IMG/VR virus record: IMGVR_UViG_3300038393_001615
Span: 1 to 43,631 of that record
Direction: 5' to 3' (one strand)
Length of the DNA stretch: 43,631 nucleotides
Source: a virus
Lineage: Duplodnaviria > Caudoviricetes
Positions 34,465-43,504 of the stretch are shown piece by piece. The notes under the pieces were generated by a model. That model was not told the DNA's origin. It saw only the letters and a program-made list of their open reading frames with translations, and made no database searches. The position numbers were made by a program, and so were the translations under genes. Position 1 is the stretch's first letter, and each line of letters starts with the position of its first letter.

Positions 34465-34987
34465 GCCTCGGTGCTACGACTGCTCGCAGCCGGCAGCGCC
34501 AGGCCGCACTCGATGCGCCACGCATTTCGCCCTGTCCGCAGAGCGAGCCAGGCAATGGCGCGAGCGTCATCCGGACCGATTGCAGGAGCTTCGGCGGCAG
34601 CAGTACCAGCGCCGCCAGGAGGAAGTGAAGGCGCGTAGCCGTCAGTGGTCCGCGGAGAACCGTGAACGGAAGCGCGCGACGGGCAAGGCATGGGCGCTTG
34701 CGAACCCCGATCGGGTACTCAACAGCCGGATGAAACGCTTTGGCATTACCGCCACGCAGTACAAGCAACTTCTGGCGGACCAAGGCGGCGTTTGCGCGAT
34801 CTGCGGCTCGGCCGATCCGAAGGGCCGAGGTCGTTTTGCGGTCGACCACGATCATGCCGCCGAAGCCTCCGGAGAGCTTGTCGTACGAGGGCTCCTTTGC
34901 AGCCCGTGCAACCTCGGCCTTGGGTACTTCTACGACGACCCCGAAAAACTGCGTGCGGCTGCTCGGTATCTGTCGGAGGCCGAGTAA
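34427..34987 (+). CDS. Endonuclease VII-family (His-Me) free-standing endonuclease
   Basis: FGITATQYKQLLADQGGVCAICG..FAVDHDH..VRGLLCSPCNLGLG; N-terminal CYDC..CATH. Confidence 0.88.
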   Translation: MSVRKGKLTAAGEPRCYDCSQPAAPGRTRCATHFALSAERARQWRERHPDRLQELRRQQYQRRQEEVKARSRQWSAENRERKRATGKAWALANPDRVLNSRMKRFGITATQYKQLLADQGGVCAICGSADPKGRGRFAVDHDHAAEASGELVVRGLLCSPCNLGLGYFYDDPEKLRAAARYLSEAE

Positions 34988-35415
34988 TGGCTCGGCCGCG
35001 CACGCCCAACAACGTCATCGCGCTCTCGACCAGCTTCGCGCACAACAAAGGGCGCTACGAGGATCGAGTGAAAAACACGCCGACCGACACCCGTGACATC
35101 GGCGAGCCGTTCGAGGAAGGCGTCATCTCGATCGCCGAGGCGTGGAAGATCGTGGTCGACCAGTGCCCGCCCGGCGTGCTCGCCGCGCGCGACCGCATCC
35201 TGGTCAACAAGGCCGCGGTGCTGACGATGGACACGCACAACTTCGAGGTCTGCTGCCGGCTGGAGGGCAAGTTCCCATCGGCGTTCCCGTTCTACATGAA
35301 AGCTGCGCGCGAGTTGAGCCTGCTGATGTCGAAGCTGGGCTGCTCACCGACCGACGCAAGCCGCGTCGCGCCCACACCTAAACCGGCTGCCGGCAATGCC
35401 TTCGACGACGACTGA
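34987..35415 (+). CDS. Terminase small subunit (P27-like)
   Basis: MARPRTP...AW...KLGCSPTDASRV; directly upstream of TerL. Confidence 0.8.
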   Translation: MARPRTPNNVIALSTSFAHNKGRYEDRVKNTPTDTRDIGEPFEEGVISIAEAWKIVVDQCPPGVLAARDRILVNKAAVLTMDTHNFEVCCRLEGKFPSAFPFYMKAARELSLLMSKLGCSPTDASRVAPTPKPAAGNAFDDD

Positions 35416-37093
35416 CTTTCCGCACGTCGCGAAGATGGACGCCTACATCGAGGGCGTCCTGTCCGGCAAGATCCCCGCGTGCAAGTGGATTCGCAAGGCG
35501 TGCGAACGCCATCGGCGCGACCTGGAGCACTCGGCCAACTCCGTGTGGCCCTATCGCTTCGACCCGAAGCTCGCGGAGAAAGCCTGCCGGTTCGTCGAGC
35601 GCTTCCCGCACGTCAAGGGCCGCTGGGCGCGCAAGCGCGAGCTGTTCGAGGCCGAGGGCTGGCAATGCTTCTGGTACGGATCCCTGTTCGGCTGGGTGCA
35701 CAAGGTCACCGGCAAGCGCCGCTTCAACAAGGCGCGTTGCTACGTGCCGCGCAAGAACGGCAAGTCGCTGATGGTCGCGCCGCTGGGCCTCTACATGCTC
35801 ACCGCCGACGGCGAGCCGGGCGCGGAGGTCTACAGCGGCGCGACCAACGAGAAGCAGGCGTGGGAGGTCTTCGGCCCAGCGAAGCAAATGGCCGCGAGCC
35901 GCCCGGACTTCTGCGAGAAGTACGGCCTGCAGATCAACGCCAAAGGTCTCGTCATCGCCGGCACGATGGCCAAGTTCGAGCCCGTGATCGGCAAGCCCGG
36001 TGACGGTGCGAGCCCGCATTGCTCGATCACCGACGAGTATCACGAGCACGACACCGACGACCAGTTGGCCACGATGGAGACGGGCATGGGCGCGCGCGAG
36101 CAGCCCCTGTCGATCGTGGTCTCGACCGCCGGCGACAACCTGGCCGGGCCGTGTCGTGACGACTGGCTAGAGTGCCAGCGCATGCTGGAGGGCACGATCG
36201 AGGATGACCGTCTGTTCGCGCTGATCTTCACGATCGACGCTGACGACGATTGGACGTCCGAAGTGGCGTTGCGCAAGGCCAACCCCAACTACGGCGTCAG
36301 CATCCAAGCCGACTGGCTGGAGGCGCAGCAGCGCGACGCGATCAACAACCCGCGCAAGCAGGGTCACTTCAAGACCAAGCACCTCAACCTCTGGGTGCAG
36401 GCGCGCGACGCGTACATCAACCTGGAGCGCTGGCGCAACACGGCCGACCCGAGCCTGGTGATCGAGCAATTCCAGGGCCGCCGGTGTTTCATGGGCCTCG
36501 ACCTGGCCAGCAAGGTCGACTTGTGCGCGATCGAGTTCTTGTTCCCCGAGCCCGACGGCACGTTCGTGCGCTTCGGCCGGTACTACCTGCCCCGCGAGAC
36601 CGTGGATGCCCCGGAGAACGAGCACTACCGCGGCTGGGAAAAGGAAGGCCTGCTCACCGTCACCGAGGGCAACCTGACCGACTACTTCCAGATCTTCGAC
36701 GACCTCAAGGAGGCGGCCAGGGTCTACGAGGTCGGCGAGATTGCATACGACCCTCACAATGCTACGATGTTGGTGACGGCGTGCATGGATGAGGGTCTGC
36801 CGATGGTCGAGTTCGGGCCAACGGTGCTCAATTTCAGCGAGCCGATGAAACAGATCGAGGCGTTGGTCAAGGACCGCAAGATCCGGCACAGCGGCGACAA
36901 GGTGATGGAGTGGGCCATGTCCAACGTCGTCGCGAAGCCCGATCGGAAAGACAACGTGTTCCCGAACAAGGAACGCGCTGAGAACAAGATCGACCCGTTC
37001 GTCGCGCTCTGCATGGCGATGGGCCGATACATGGCGGGAGGCGAAGGCAACGACGACTTCTCTGGGTTTATCGCATCGGCGGTGGTCGCATGA
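35396..37093 (+). CDS. terL: Terminase large subunit
   Basis: WQCF, VPRKNGKS Walker A, TDEYH Walker B, STAG, ANPNYG, GLDLAS, YDP, KIDPFVA. Confidence 0.97.
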   Translation: MPSTTTDFPHVAKMDAYIEGVLSGKIPACKWIRKACERHRRDLEHSANSVWPYRFDPKLAEKACRFVERFPHVKGRWARKRELFEAEGWQCFWYGSLFGWVHKVTGKRRFNKARCYVPRKNGKSLMVAPLGLYMLTADGEPGAEVYSGATNEKQAWEVFGPAKQMAASRPDFCEKYGLQINAKGLVIAGTMAKFEPVIGKPGDGASPHCSITDEYHEHDTDDQLATMETGMGAREQPLSIVVSTAGDNLAGPCRDDWLECQRMLEGTIEDDRLFALIFTIDADDDWTSEVALRKANPNYGVSIQADWLEAQQRDAINNPRKQGHFKTKHLNLWVQARDAYINLERWRNTADPSLVIEQFQGRRCFMGLDLASKVDLCAIEFLFPEPDGTFVRFGRYYLPRETVDAPENEHYRGWEKEGLLTVTEGNLTDYFQIFDDLKEAARVYEVGEIAYDPHNATMLVTACMDEGLPMVEFGPTVLNFSEPMKQIEALVKDRKIRHSGDKVMEWAMSNVVAKPDRKDNVFPNKERAENKIDPFVALCMAMGRYMAGGEGNDDFSGFIASAVVA

Positions 37094-37251
37094 ACGCTCT
37101 CATCCTGGCTGGACTTCTCGTGCTCGGTGGCCTCGCGGTCATCGTGGCCGGCATTGCGCTGCTGGCCGGCGCACCGTGGGCGCTGATCGCGAGCGGCGTC
37201 GCGGCATTGATCCTCGCGCTCGTCATGCTGCGAGGGGTACGCCGTGTCTAA
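37090..37251 (+). CDS. Small two-TM membrane protein between TerL and portal (53 aa, not in the ORF track)
   Basis: MNALILAGLLVLGGLAVIVAGIALLAGAPWALIASGVAALILALVMLRGVRRV; coupled at both ends. Confidence 0.7.
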   Translation: MNALILAGLLVLGGLAVIVAGIALLAGAPWALIASGVAALILALVMLRGVRRV

Positions 37252-38512
37252 GTCGATCGCGACCTTTTTCACCCAGCTCGGCGGCGTGCTCGGCACCGTG
37301 GGCGCTGGCTGGTATCCCAGCGGCGCCGCGCAGGGCATGGCCCCCTTCCGGTCGGTCGGCTCCGAAGCGGGGCAGACGGTCAGCCCCGGCACCGCGCTGC
37401 AGCTCTCGACCGTCTGGGCGTGCGTCCGCCTGATCGCCGAGACCATCGCCTCGCTGCCGATCAAGCTCTACCAGTTCGACGCCGACGGCAAGCGCGTGGC
37501 GCTGACCTCCGGCTCGATCTGGCGCATGCTGACCTACTCCCCGAATGCGCTGATGACCGCCGTCGAGTTCTGGGAGATGATCGTCACCTCCCTGTGCCTC
37601 TGGGGCAACGCCTACGCCCTCAAGCAGCGCGTTGGCGGCCGCGTGGTCAGTCTCGACCCGTTGCGGCCCGAGTACATGACGGTGGTCCGCCGCAACGGCG
37701 TGCTGTCCTACGTCTACACACCGGCCGGCGCCGTGGGCCTGTCCACGATCGAGTACACCGCCGACGACATTCTGCACATCAAGGGCTTCGGCGTTGACGG
37801 CCTCGTCGGGCTCTCGCCGATCGCGATGGCCCGGCAGACGCTCGGCCGCGCGATTGCCACCGACCAGGCCAGCGGCAAGGTCTTCACGTCGGGCCTGACG
37901 GCGAGCGGTTTCATCAAGTACGAAAAGGCGTTTGTCACGCCCGAGCAGCGCGAGGCAGTCCGCGCCACGATCGAGCGTTTCACCGGCAGCTCGAACATCG
38001 GCAAGACGATGGTGCTGGAGAACGGCATGGAGTACGTGCCGATCACCATGAACCCGTCGGATGCCCAGATGCTGGAGAGCCGTGAGTTCAACGTCGAGGA
38101 AATCTGCCGCTGGTTCGGTGTGCCGCCGCAGCTGATCGGCCACATCAACAAGGCCTCGTCTTGGGCAAGCTCGCTGGAGAACACGACCCTCGGGTTCGTC
38201 AAGTTCGCGCTGCGCCCGTACCTTACGCGCATCGAGCAGGCGGTCATGCGCTCGCTCGGCATGGCGCCCAGCAGCGGCCAGATCAAGTTCAACCTCGAAG
38301 CGCTGCTGCGCGGCGACAGTGCGGCCCGCGCGGCGCTCTACGCCAGCTCCGGCCAGAACGGCTGGCAGACCCGCGACGAGATCCGTGAGCACGAGGACAT
38401 GGAGCCGATGGGCGGCAACGCTGGCGTGCTGACCGTTCAATCGAACCTCGTTCCTCTCGACAAGTTGGAAGAAATGGGCGGCAAGCAGCCCGTACCGGAG
38501 CCAAGCAAATGA
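37244..38512 (+). CDS. Portal protein, HK97 family
   Basis: VWACVRLIAETIASLP, LWGNAY, ILHIKG..GLSPI, DAQMLESR..EICRWFGVPP, LLRGD. Confidence 0.97.
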   Translation: MSKSIATFFTQLGGVLGTVGAGWYPSGAAQGMAPFRSVGSEAGQTVSPGTALQLSTVWACVRLIAETIASLPIKLYQFDADGKRVALTSGSIWRMLTYSPNALMTAVEFWEMIVTSLCLWGNAYALKQRVGGRVVSLDPLRPEYMTVVRRNGVLSYVYTPAGAVGLSTIEYTADDILHIKGFGVDGLVGLSPIAMARQTLGRAIATDQASGKVFTSGLTASGFIKYEKAFVTPEQREAVRATIERFTGSSNIGKTMVLENGMEYVPITMNPSDAQMLESREFNVEEICRWFGVPPQLIGHINKASSWASSLENTTLGFVKFALRPYLTRIEQAVMRSLGMAPSSGQIKFNLEALLRGDSAARAALYASSGQNGWQTRDEIREHEDMEPMGGNAGVLTVQSNLVPLDKLEEMGGKQPVPEPSK

Positions 38513-39168
38513 AAACCAAGTTCCTCTCCGTCCCGCTCGCGCTCAAGGAAGGCGGCCTCCAGCCTGACGGCACCTTCACCGGCTACGGCTCCGTGTTCGG
38601 CAACGTCGACTGCTACAACGAGATCGTGCCGAAGGGCGCCTTCGCCAAGTCCCTCAAGACCTGGGCCAAGCGTGGCGGCCTGCCGGCCCTGCTGTGGCAG
38701 CACAACCCCAGCGAGCCGATCGGCGTCTACACGAGCATGGTCGAGGACGATCATGGCCTGCTCGTCACCGGCCAGCTGTCGCTGGACACGACCCGCGGCA
38801 AAGAGGCCTACGCGCTGCTGAAAATGGGTGCATTGAACGGCCTCTCGATCGGCTTCGTGGCCACGGAATGGACGACCAACAAGACCTCCGGCGTGGTGAC
38901 GCTCGACGTCATCGACCTGTGGGAGATCTCGCTGGTCACGTTCCCAGCTAACTCCGAGGCGCGTGTAGACGTGGTGAAATCCGCGTTGAAAGCTGGCACA
39001 CTTCCTTCACTTTCGGATTTTGAGAGCTTCCTGCGCGAGGCAGGGTTCTCGAAAAGCGAGGCTACTGCGATCGCAAGCAAGGGTCTCGGACAACTGCGCC
39101 GGCGTGAGGCTGGCAACCAAAGCGACCTCAACCTGGCCGACATCATGGCCGTCATTTCAGGAGCATAA
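38509..39168 (+). CDS. Prohead protease, HK97 family
   Basis: FTGYGSVF, LLWQH, GLSIGF, LWEISLVTFPAN. Confidence 0.96.
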   Translation: MKTKFLSVPLALKEGGLQPDGTFTGYGSVFGNVDCYNEIVPKGAFAKSLKTWAKRGGLPALLWQHNPSEPIGVYTSMVEDDHGLLVTGQLSLDTTRGKEAYALLKMGALNGLSIGFVATEWTTNKTSGVVTLDVIDLWEISLVTFPANSEARVDVVKSALKAGTLPSLSDFESFLREAGFSKSEATAIASKGLGQLRRREAGNQSDLNLADIMAVISGA

Positions 39169-39170
39169 CC

Positions 39171-40502
39171 ATGAACGCTCGCAAGACCTTGGCGGCCGCC
39201 ATCGGCGCCACCCTGGCCCTGGTAGGGCTCGGCAAGTCCGACTCGAACCTCGTCAAGCACTACGGCCAGCGTCCCGGCCGCAAGGATGGCGTGGATCCCG
39301 AACAGCTCAAGTCCGCCCTGGCCATCGCGCTGCAGCAGCGTGATGCTGACCTCCGTCGCCTGATCGAAAAGGCCGAGGCCGACATCAAGAGCACCGGCGA
39401 GATCGCCACCGAGACCAAGACCTCGCTGCAGAAGCTCTCCGCCGACGGCGTGAAGCTGCAGGAACAGCTCGCCGGCATCGAGCAGGAGATCGCCGCGCTC
39501 AAGTCGTTCGGCCAGGACCGCAGCCAGGCGCAGAAGTCCATCGGCATGCAGTTCACCGACGGCGACGAGTTCAAGGCGCTGCAGAGCCGTGGCGTGTCCG
39601 CGTTCAAGGGCACCATCAGCATGAGCTTGAAGGCGGTGACCAACGTCACCAGCTCGACTGGCGGCACCACCGGCGACGCCGGCGCTGCGGTCGCCCCGGA
39701 CCGCCTGCCCGGCATCCAGGGTCCGGCGCTGCGCCAGTTCACCATCCGCGACCTGCTGCTGCCGGGCCGTACCAGCTCGAACCTGGTGCAGTACGTGCAG
39801 GAGACCGGCTACCAGAACAACGCTGGTCCGGCCGCGGAAACCACGCTCAAGCCGCAGTCCGACATCAAGTTCACGCTCAAGGACAGCCCGGTTCGCACCC
39901 TGGCGCACTGGCTGCGTGCGTCGAAGCAGATCCTGGCCGATGCGCCGATGCTGCAGAGCTACATCGACACCCGTCTGACCTACGGCCTCAAGTACGTCGA
40001 GGAAGCCCAGCTGCTGTCGGGCGACGGCACCGGCGAGAACCTGCTGGGCCTCATCCCGCAGGCGACCCCGTACAACGATGCGCTGCGCGTGGCGGGTGAC
40101 ACCAAGATCGACACGATCCGTCGTGCGATCCTGCAGGTGCGCCAGGCCGAGTACCGCGCTAGCGCGGTCGTGCTGAACCCGGCCGACTGGGCGGACATCG
40201 AGCTGACCAAGGACGCCAACGACCGCTACATCTGGGTCAACGTCGGCACCGGCGCGTCGCCGCAGCTGTGGCGTCTGCCCGTGGTCGACTCCAGCGCCCT
40301 GCCCGCCGGCCATTTCATGGTCGGTGCGTTCAACATGGCGGCCCAGGTGTTCGACCGCGAAGATGCCAACGTCTCGGTCTCGACCGAAGACGGCGACAAC
40401 TTCGTCAAGAACCTGGTGACGATCCGTGCCGAGGAACGCCTGGCGATGGTTGTGTTCCGGCCGGAGTCGTTCGTCTACGGTCCGTTCGTGCAGGCCACCT
40501 GA
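39171..40502 (+). CDS. Major capsid protein, HK97 fold, with delta domain and an extra hydrophobic leader
   Basis: AGGAG RBS; coiled-coil delta domain; ASKQILADAPML, LLSGDGTGENLLG, VLNPADW, DNFVKNLVTIRAEERLA. Confidence 0.97.
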   Translation: MNARKTLAAAIGATLALVGLGKSDSNLVKHYGQRPGRKDGVDPEQLKSALAIALQQRDADLRRLIEKAEADIKSTGEIATETKTSLQKLSADGVKLQEQLAGIEQEIAALKSFGQDRSQAQKSIGMQFTDGDEFKALQSRGVSAFKGTISMSLKAVTNVTSSTGGTTGDAGAAVAPDRLPGIQGPALRQFTIRDLLLPGRTSSNLVQYVQETGYQNNAGPAAETTLKPQSDIKFTLKDSPVRTLAHWLRASKQILADAPMLQSYIDTRLTYGLKYVEEAQLLSGDGTGENLLGLIPQATPYNDALRVAGDTKIDTIRRAILQVRQAEYRASAVVLNPADWADIELTKDANDRYIWVNVGTGASPQLWRLPVVDSSALPAGHFMVGAFNMAAQVFDREDANVSVSTEDGDNFVKNLVTIRAEERLAMVVFRPESFVYGPFVQAT

Positions 40503-40516
40503 TCGACGTAGTAACC

Positions 40517-40546
40517 GCGGGGCGCCTTCGGGCGCCCTGCTTCTCT
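40517..40546 (+). terminator. Hairpin/terminator after the capsid gene
   Basis: GCGGGGCGCC-TTCG-GGCGCCCTGC followed by a weak TTCTCT tail. Confidence 0.7.
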
Positions 40547-40556
40547 GGAGCGTGAC

Positions 40557-40757
40557 GTGAAGCATCTGGTGCTCAAACCCTTCCACCTCGACGAGGCCGG
40601 GCGCATCGTCCAGCGCGGCGAGATCGTGACCTTGGACGACCAGGTTCGCAGCATGGATCTCTGCCGCCAGCCGGACGCGTTGCTCATGGTGCTGCCCGGC
40701 GAAAGCCGCTCGGCGCCCCAGAACCGGAACGCTGCTCCGCAGCGCCGCACGAAATGA
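40557..40757 (+). CDS. Small hypothetical protein after the capsid gene
   Basis: GGAG RBS, GTG start; stop coupled to the next gene. Confidence 0.65.
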   Translation: MKHLVLKPFHLDEAGRIVQRGEIVTLDDQVRSMDLCRQPDALLMVLPGESRSAPQNRNAAPQRRTK

Positions 40758-41290
40758 TCTATCACCTGACCGCGTGGAAGACCGGCGACATCGGCGGCGG
40801 ACTCAACGCGGCCATCGAGCCCTTGCCGGATGACGCGTGGATCTGCGCGCGCGACGGCGACACCCTGTTTCTTACCCCGACGTGGGGCAAGTTGGTCGAG
40901 CAGATCGTCGAGCAGAACGGCGACGACTACGCGGTGATCGGTTGCATGACCAATCGCCTGCGCGCTCCCTACCAGCTCCACGGCGGCAAGTTGAGCGAGG
41001 AAGCCGACATCGGCGTCCACGTCCAGATCGCCCAGCAGCGCCAGCAGACCTACGGCGCCTCCGTGCAGGCCGTCAGCGGCCCGGTCGCGGGGCTCTGCCT
41101 GATCTTCCGCAAGGCGACGTGGGCGCGGCATCCGTTCGTGACGCGCTCGATCTACTTCGACCAGTTTTTCTGTGACGCCGCGCGGAGCAACCACGGCCGC
41201 GTCGGCGTGGCCCTCGGGCTCTACCTGTTCCATCTCTACCGTTGGGGCAAACCCAACCCTGTCGGCTACGTGGGGCACCTCTCGCCATGA
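40754..41290 (+). CDS. Putative glycosyltransferase (GT-A / family 2-like)
   Basis: GGGLNAAI..DAWICARDGDTLFL (DxD after a beta strand), AVIG, VAGLCLIFRKATW, YFDQFFC, LYLFH. Confidence 0.65.
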   Translation: MIYHLTAWKTGDIGGGLNAAIEPLPDDAWICARDGDTLFLTPTWGKLVEQIVEQNGDDYAVIGCMTNRLRAPYQLHGGKLSEEADIGVHVQIAQQRQQTYGASVQAVSGPVAGLCLIFRKATWARHPFVTRSIYFDQFFCDAARSNHGRVGVALGLYLFHLYRWGKPNPVGYVGHLSP

Positions 41291-41772
41291 GCATCATCAC
41301 CCTCGACACGGCCAAGGCCCAGGCGCGCGTGACGCAGACGGGCGAGGATGAGCTGCTGCAGCAGATCCTCGACGCTGCCGAGCTGCACGCGGGCCACTTC
41401 CTCAACCGCAACCTGTACGCCGACAACAACGCGCTCATCGCGGCGATCGAGACGGCGGCGACTGCGATGGCCGAGGCAGAGACCGCCTACGCCGCGGCCG
41501 AGACGACCTGGCTTGCGGCCGACCAGACCAGCGTCGCCGCGCAGCTGGCCTGGGAGAAAGCCCAGCAGGATCTCGCCAACGCCACCGCGGAGACGCGGCG
41601 CACGTACAACGGCATGGTGCTGACCGACACGGTGAAGCGCGCGGTGATGCTGCTGTTCGCGCACTGGAGCGTGAACCGCGAGGCCGTGGTCACCGAGACC
41701 GGCGATGCGATCGAGCTGCCGTTCGGCGTGACCTCGCTGCTGGAGCTGGACCGCTCTCGGATGGGAGTCTAA
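41287..41772 (+). CDS. Head-tail connector (HK97 gp6-like) with a helical insertion
   Basis: ITLDTAKAQARV..EDELL..AA..FLNR; VKRAVMLLFAHWSVNRE..LPFGV..LL. Confidence 0.9.
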   Translation: MSIITLDTAKAQARVTQTGEDELLQQILDAAELHAGHFLNRNLYADNNALIAAIETAATAMAEAETAYAAAETTWLAADQTSVAAQLAWEKAQQDLANATAETRRTYNGMVLTDTVKRAVMLLFAHWSVNREAVVTETGDAIELPFGVTSLLELDRSRMGV

Positions 41773-41776
41773 GGCC

Positions 41777-42121
41777 ATGCGCGCGGGCAAGCGGCAGCAC
41801 CTGCTCTCGCTCCAAGTCAAGACCGCTGGCGCGGCCAACGCCTATGGCGAGAAGCCGGTGACGTGGACCGAGTTCGGCAAGGAATGGGCCGCCGTCGAGC
41901 CGTTGAGCATGACGTCGCTCGCGCGCGCCAAGGAAGCGATCTTGGCTGGCGCCGAGACGAACGTCGACCTGGTGGTGCTGACCATGCCGATCCGTACCGA
42001 CGTGACGCCCCAGTGCCGCGCGGTGGAAGGCTCGCGGATCTATGACATCGTGGCCGTGCGCCCGACTAACCGTGCCGACGAGCTGGTGTTGATCGCCACC
42101 GTGGGCGCGAACAATGGATGA
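41777..42121 (+). CDS. Head closure protein (SPP1 gp16-like)
   Basis: MRAGK.., W..WAAVEPL, RIYDIVAV. Confidence 0.85.
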   Translation: MRAGKRQHLLSLQVKTAGAANAYGEKPVTWTEFGKEWAAVEPLSMTSLARAKEAILAGAETNVDLVVLTMPIRTDVTPQCRAVEGSRIYDIVAVRPTNRADELVLIATVGANNG

Positions 42122-42536
42122 CTTCACGTTCGCGGTGCCAGGCCTCGCCGACTTCGAGGCGAAGCTGCTGGAGCTGGGCACGGCCGGCGCGCGGCGCGTA
42201 GGCCGCAAGGCGCTGCGCCAAGGCACGAACGTCATCACCGCCGAGGCGCGACGGCTAGGCGCGGCCGGGCACCCGGCATTCCCGAACAAGATCACCGGGC
42301 GCATGGTGCGCTCGATCTACACCCACGACCGCGGGGTCATGGGCGACAACATCGTTTTCAGTGTCGACGTCAAGCGCCTTGCGTTCTACGCGCGGTTCGT
42401 CGAGTTCGGCACCTCCCGCTCGCGCGCGTATCCATTCATGCGCCCGGCGGCCGAGGGCAAGGCTCGTGATGCCGTGGACGCGATCGTCGCCGTGCTTGGG
42501 CCTGGGATCGAGCTGGAGTGGAGCCGCAAACGATGA
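42114..42536 (+). CDS. Tail completion protein (HK97 gp10-like)
   Basis: TGRMVRSI..FYARFVEFGTS..AYPFMRPA. Confidence 0.9.
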   Translation: MDDFTFAVPGLADFEAKLLELGTAGARRVGRKALRQGTNVITAEARRLGAAGHPAFPNKITGRMVRSIYTHDRGVMGDNIVFSVDVKRLAFYARFVEFGTSRSRAYPFMRPAAEGKARDAVDAIVAVLGPGIELEWSRKR

Positions 42537-42874
42537 GCGCTGAAACCGACGTCACTACCATCCTCTCGGCCCTCGCGCCGACCACGCCGTTCGCTTCGGC
42601 GGATGCCGCCGCGCGGCCGCGGATCACCTACCAGCGCGTTACCGGCAGCGACAACGGACACCTGGCCGGCGCCGGCCCGGAGCGGGTTCGTCTGCAGATC
42701 GACGCCTGGGCCGACACATACGCGGCAGCGCGTGGCATTGTGGATCAAGCTAAGTTAGCATTGCGTGCAGGATTGGTCGTCGGCTCCATCACGGACAATC
42801 CTGACGACTACGAGGCGGATACCAAGCTCCACCGCTGCAGTTTCGATGTCGCCCTTTGGCCTACCAGCCCCTGA
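42533..42874 (+). CDS. Tail terminator (DUF3168-like)
   Basis: PRITYQRV, RLQIDAWADTY, YEADTKLHR. Confidence 0.85.
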   Translation: MSAETDVTTILSALAPTTPFASADAAARPRITYQRVTGSDNGHLAGAGPERVRLQIDAWADTYAAARGIVDQAKLALRAGLVVGSITDNPDDYEADTKLHRCSFDVALWPTSP

Positions 42875-42889
42875 TCCCAGGAGAACGAG

Positions 42890-43480
42890 ATGAAATACCT
42901 GACGCTGTTTGGCCAGCTCCTGATCCTCGCGATCGTGGCGCTGGTGACCTTCCCCCGCCGAGTGCTCAGTGCCACCGTGCGAGTCATCGCCCGCGTGGCG
43001 GCGTACCTGCACGGCAACCAGAAGCACTACGGCCTGCGCTACGGCTACAAGGCCGGCAACGGAGCCGTGACCGCCCAGGGCTTCAAGCTCGAAGTGTCGG
43101 TCGACGACGGCACGACCTACGTCGAGGTGAGCAACATCACCACGATCCCCGACGTTGCCGGCGAAGCGTCCGATCTGGACGTGACCAACCTGTCGAGCAC
43201 GCAGAAGGAATACATCGCCGGCCTGCGGGATACGCAGTCTGCCTCGATCGAAGGCCAGCGCGTGGCCACCGATGCGGGCCAGAACATTCTGCGCGACAAC
43301 GCCGGCGCCACGCAGCCGCTCAAGTTCAAGAACACCTACGCCGACGGCGCCATCCTCACCTACGCAGCCACGGTCAAGAAGTTCTCCGTGACTGGCGGCG
43401 TGGATGCCGTCGAGATGTTCAGTGCCTCCATCCGTGCCTCGGGTGACGAGGTGTGGACTGGCACCGGCGCCCCGACCTGA
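42890..43480 (+). CDS. Major tail tube protein with an N-terminal hydrophobic leader
   Basis: AGGAG RBS; LDVTNLSSTQKEYIAGLRD, DAGQ, GGVD..SIRASG; sits between tail terminator and chaperone. Confidence 0.9.
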   Translation: MKYLTLFGQLLILAIVALVTFPRRVLSATVRVIARVAAYLHGNQKHYGLRYGYKAGNGAVTAQGFKLEVSVDDGTTYVEVSNITTIPDVAGEASDLDVTNLSSTQKEYIAGLRDTQSASIEGQRVATDAGQNILRDNAGATQPLKFKNTYADGAILTYAATVKKFSVTGGVDAVEMFSASIRASGDEVWTGTGAPT

Positions 43481-43504
43481 TCCTCAACCTGGAGCATGCC
43501 CAGA

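Noticed and set aside
34087-35000. cos site
   Set aside because: Expected near HNH/terS for this terminase type, but no specific sequence could be identified by eye
38565-38578. TGACGGCACCTTCA, a one-mismatch copy of the operator palindrome
   Set aside because: Inside the protease coding sequence with no promoter context; compatible with chance
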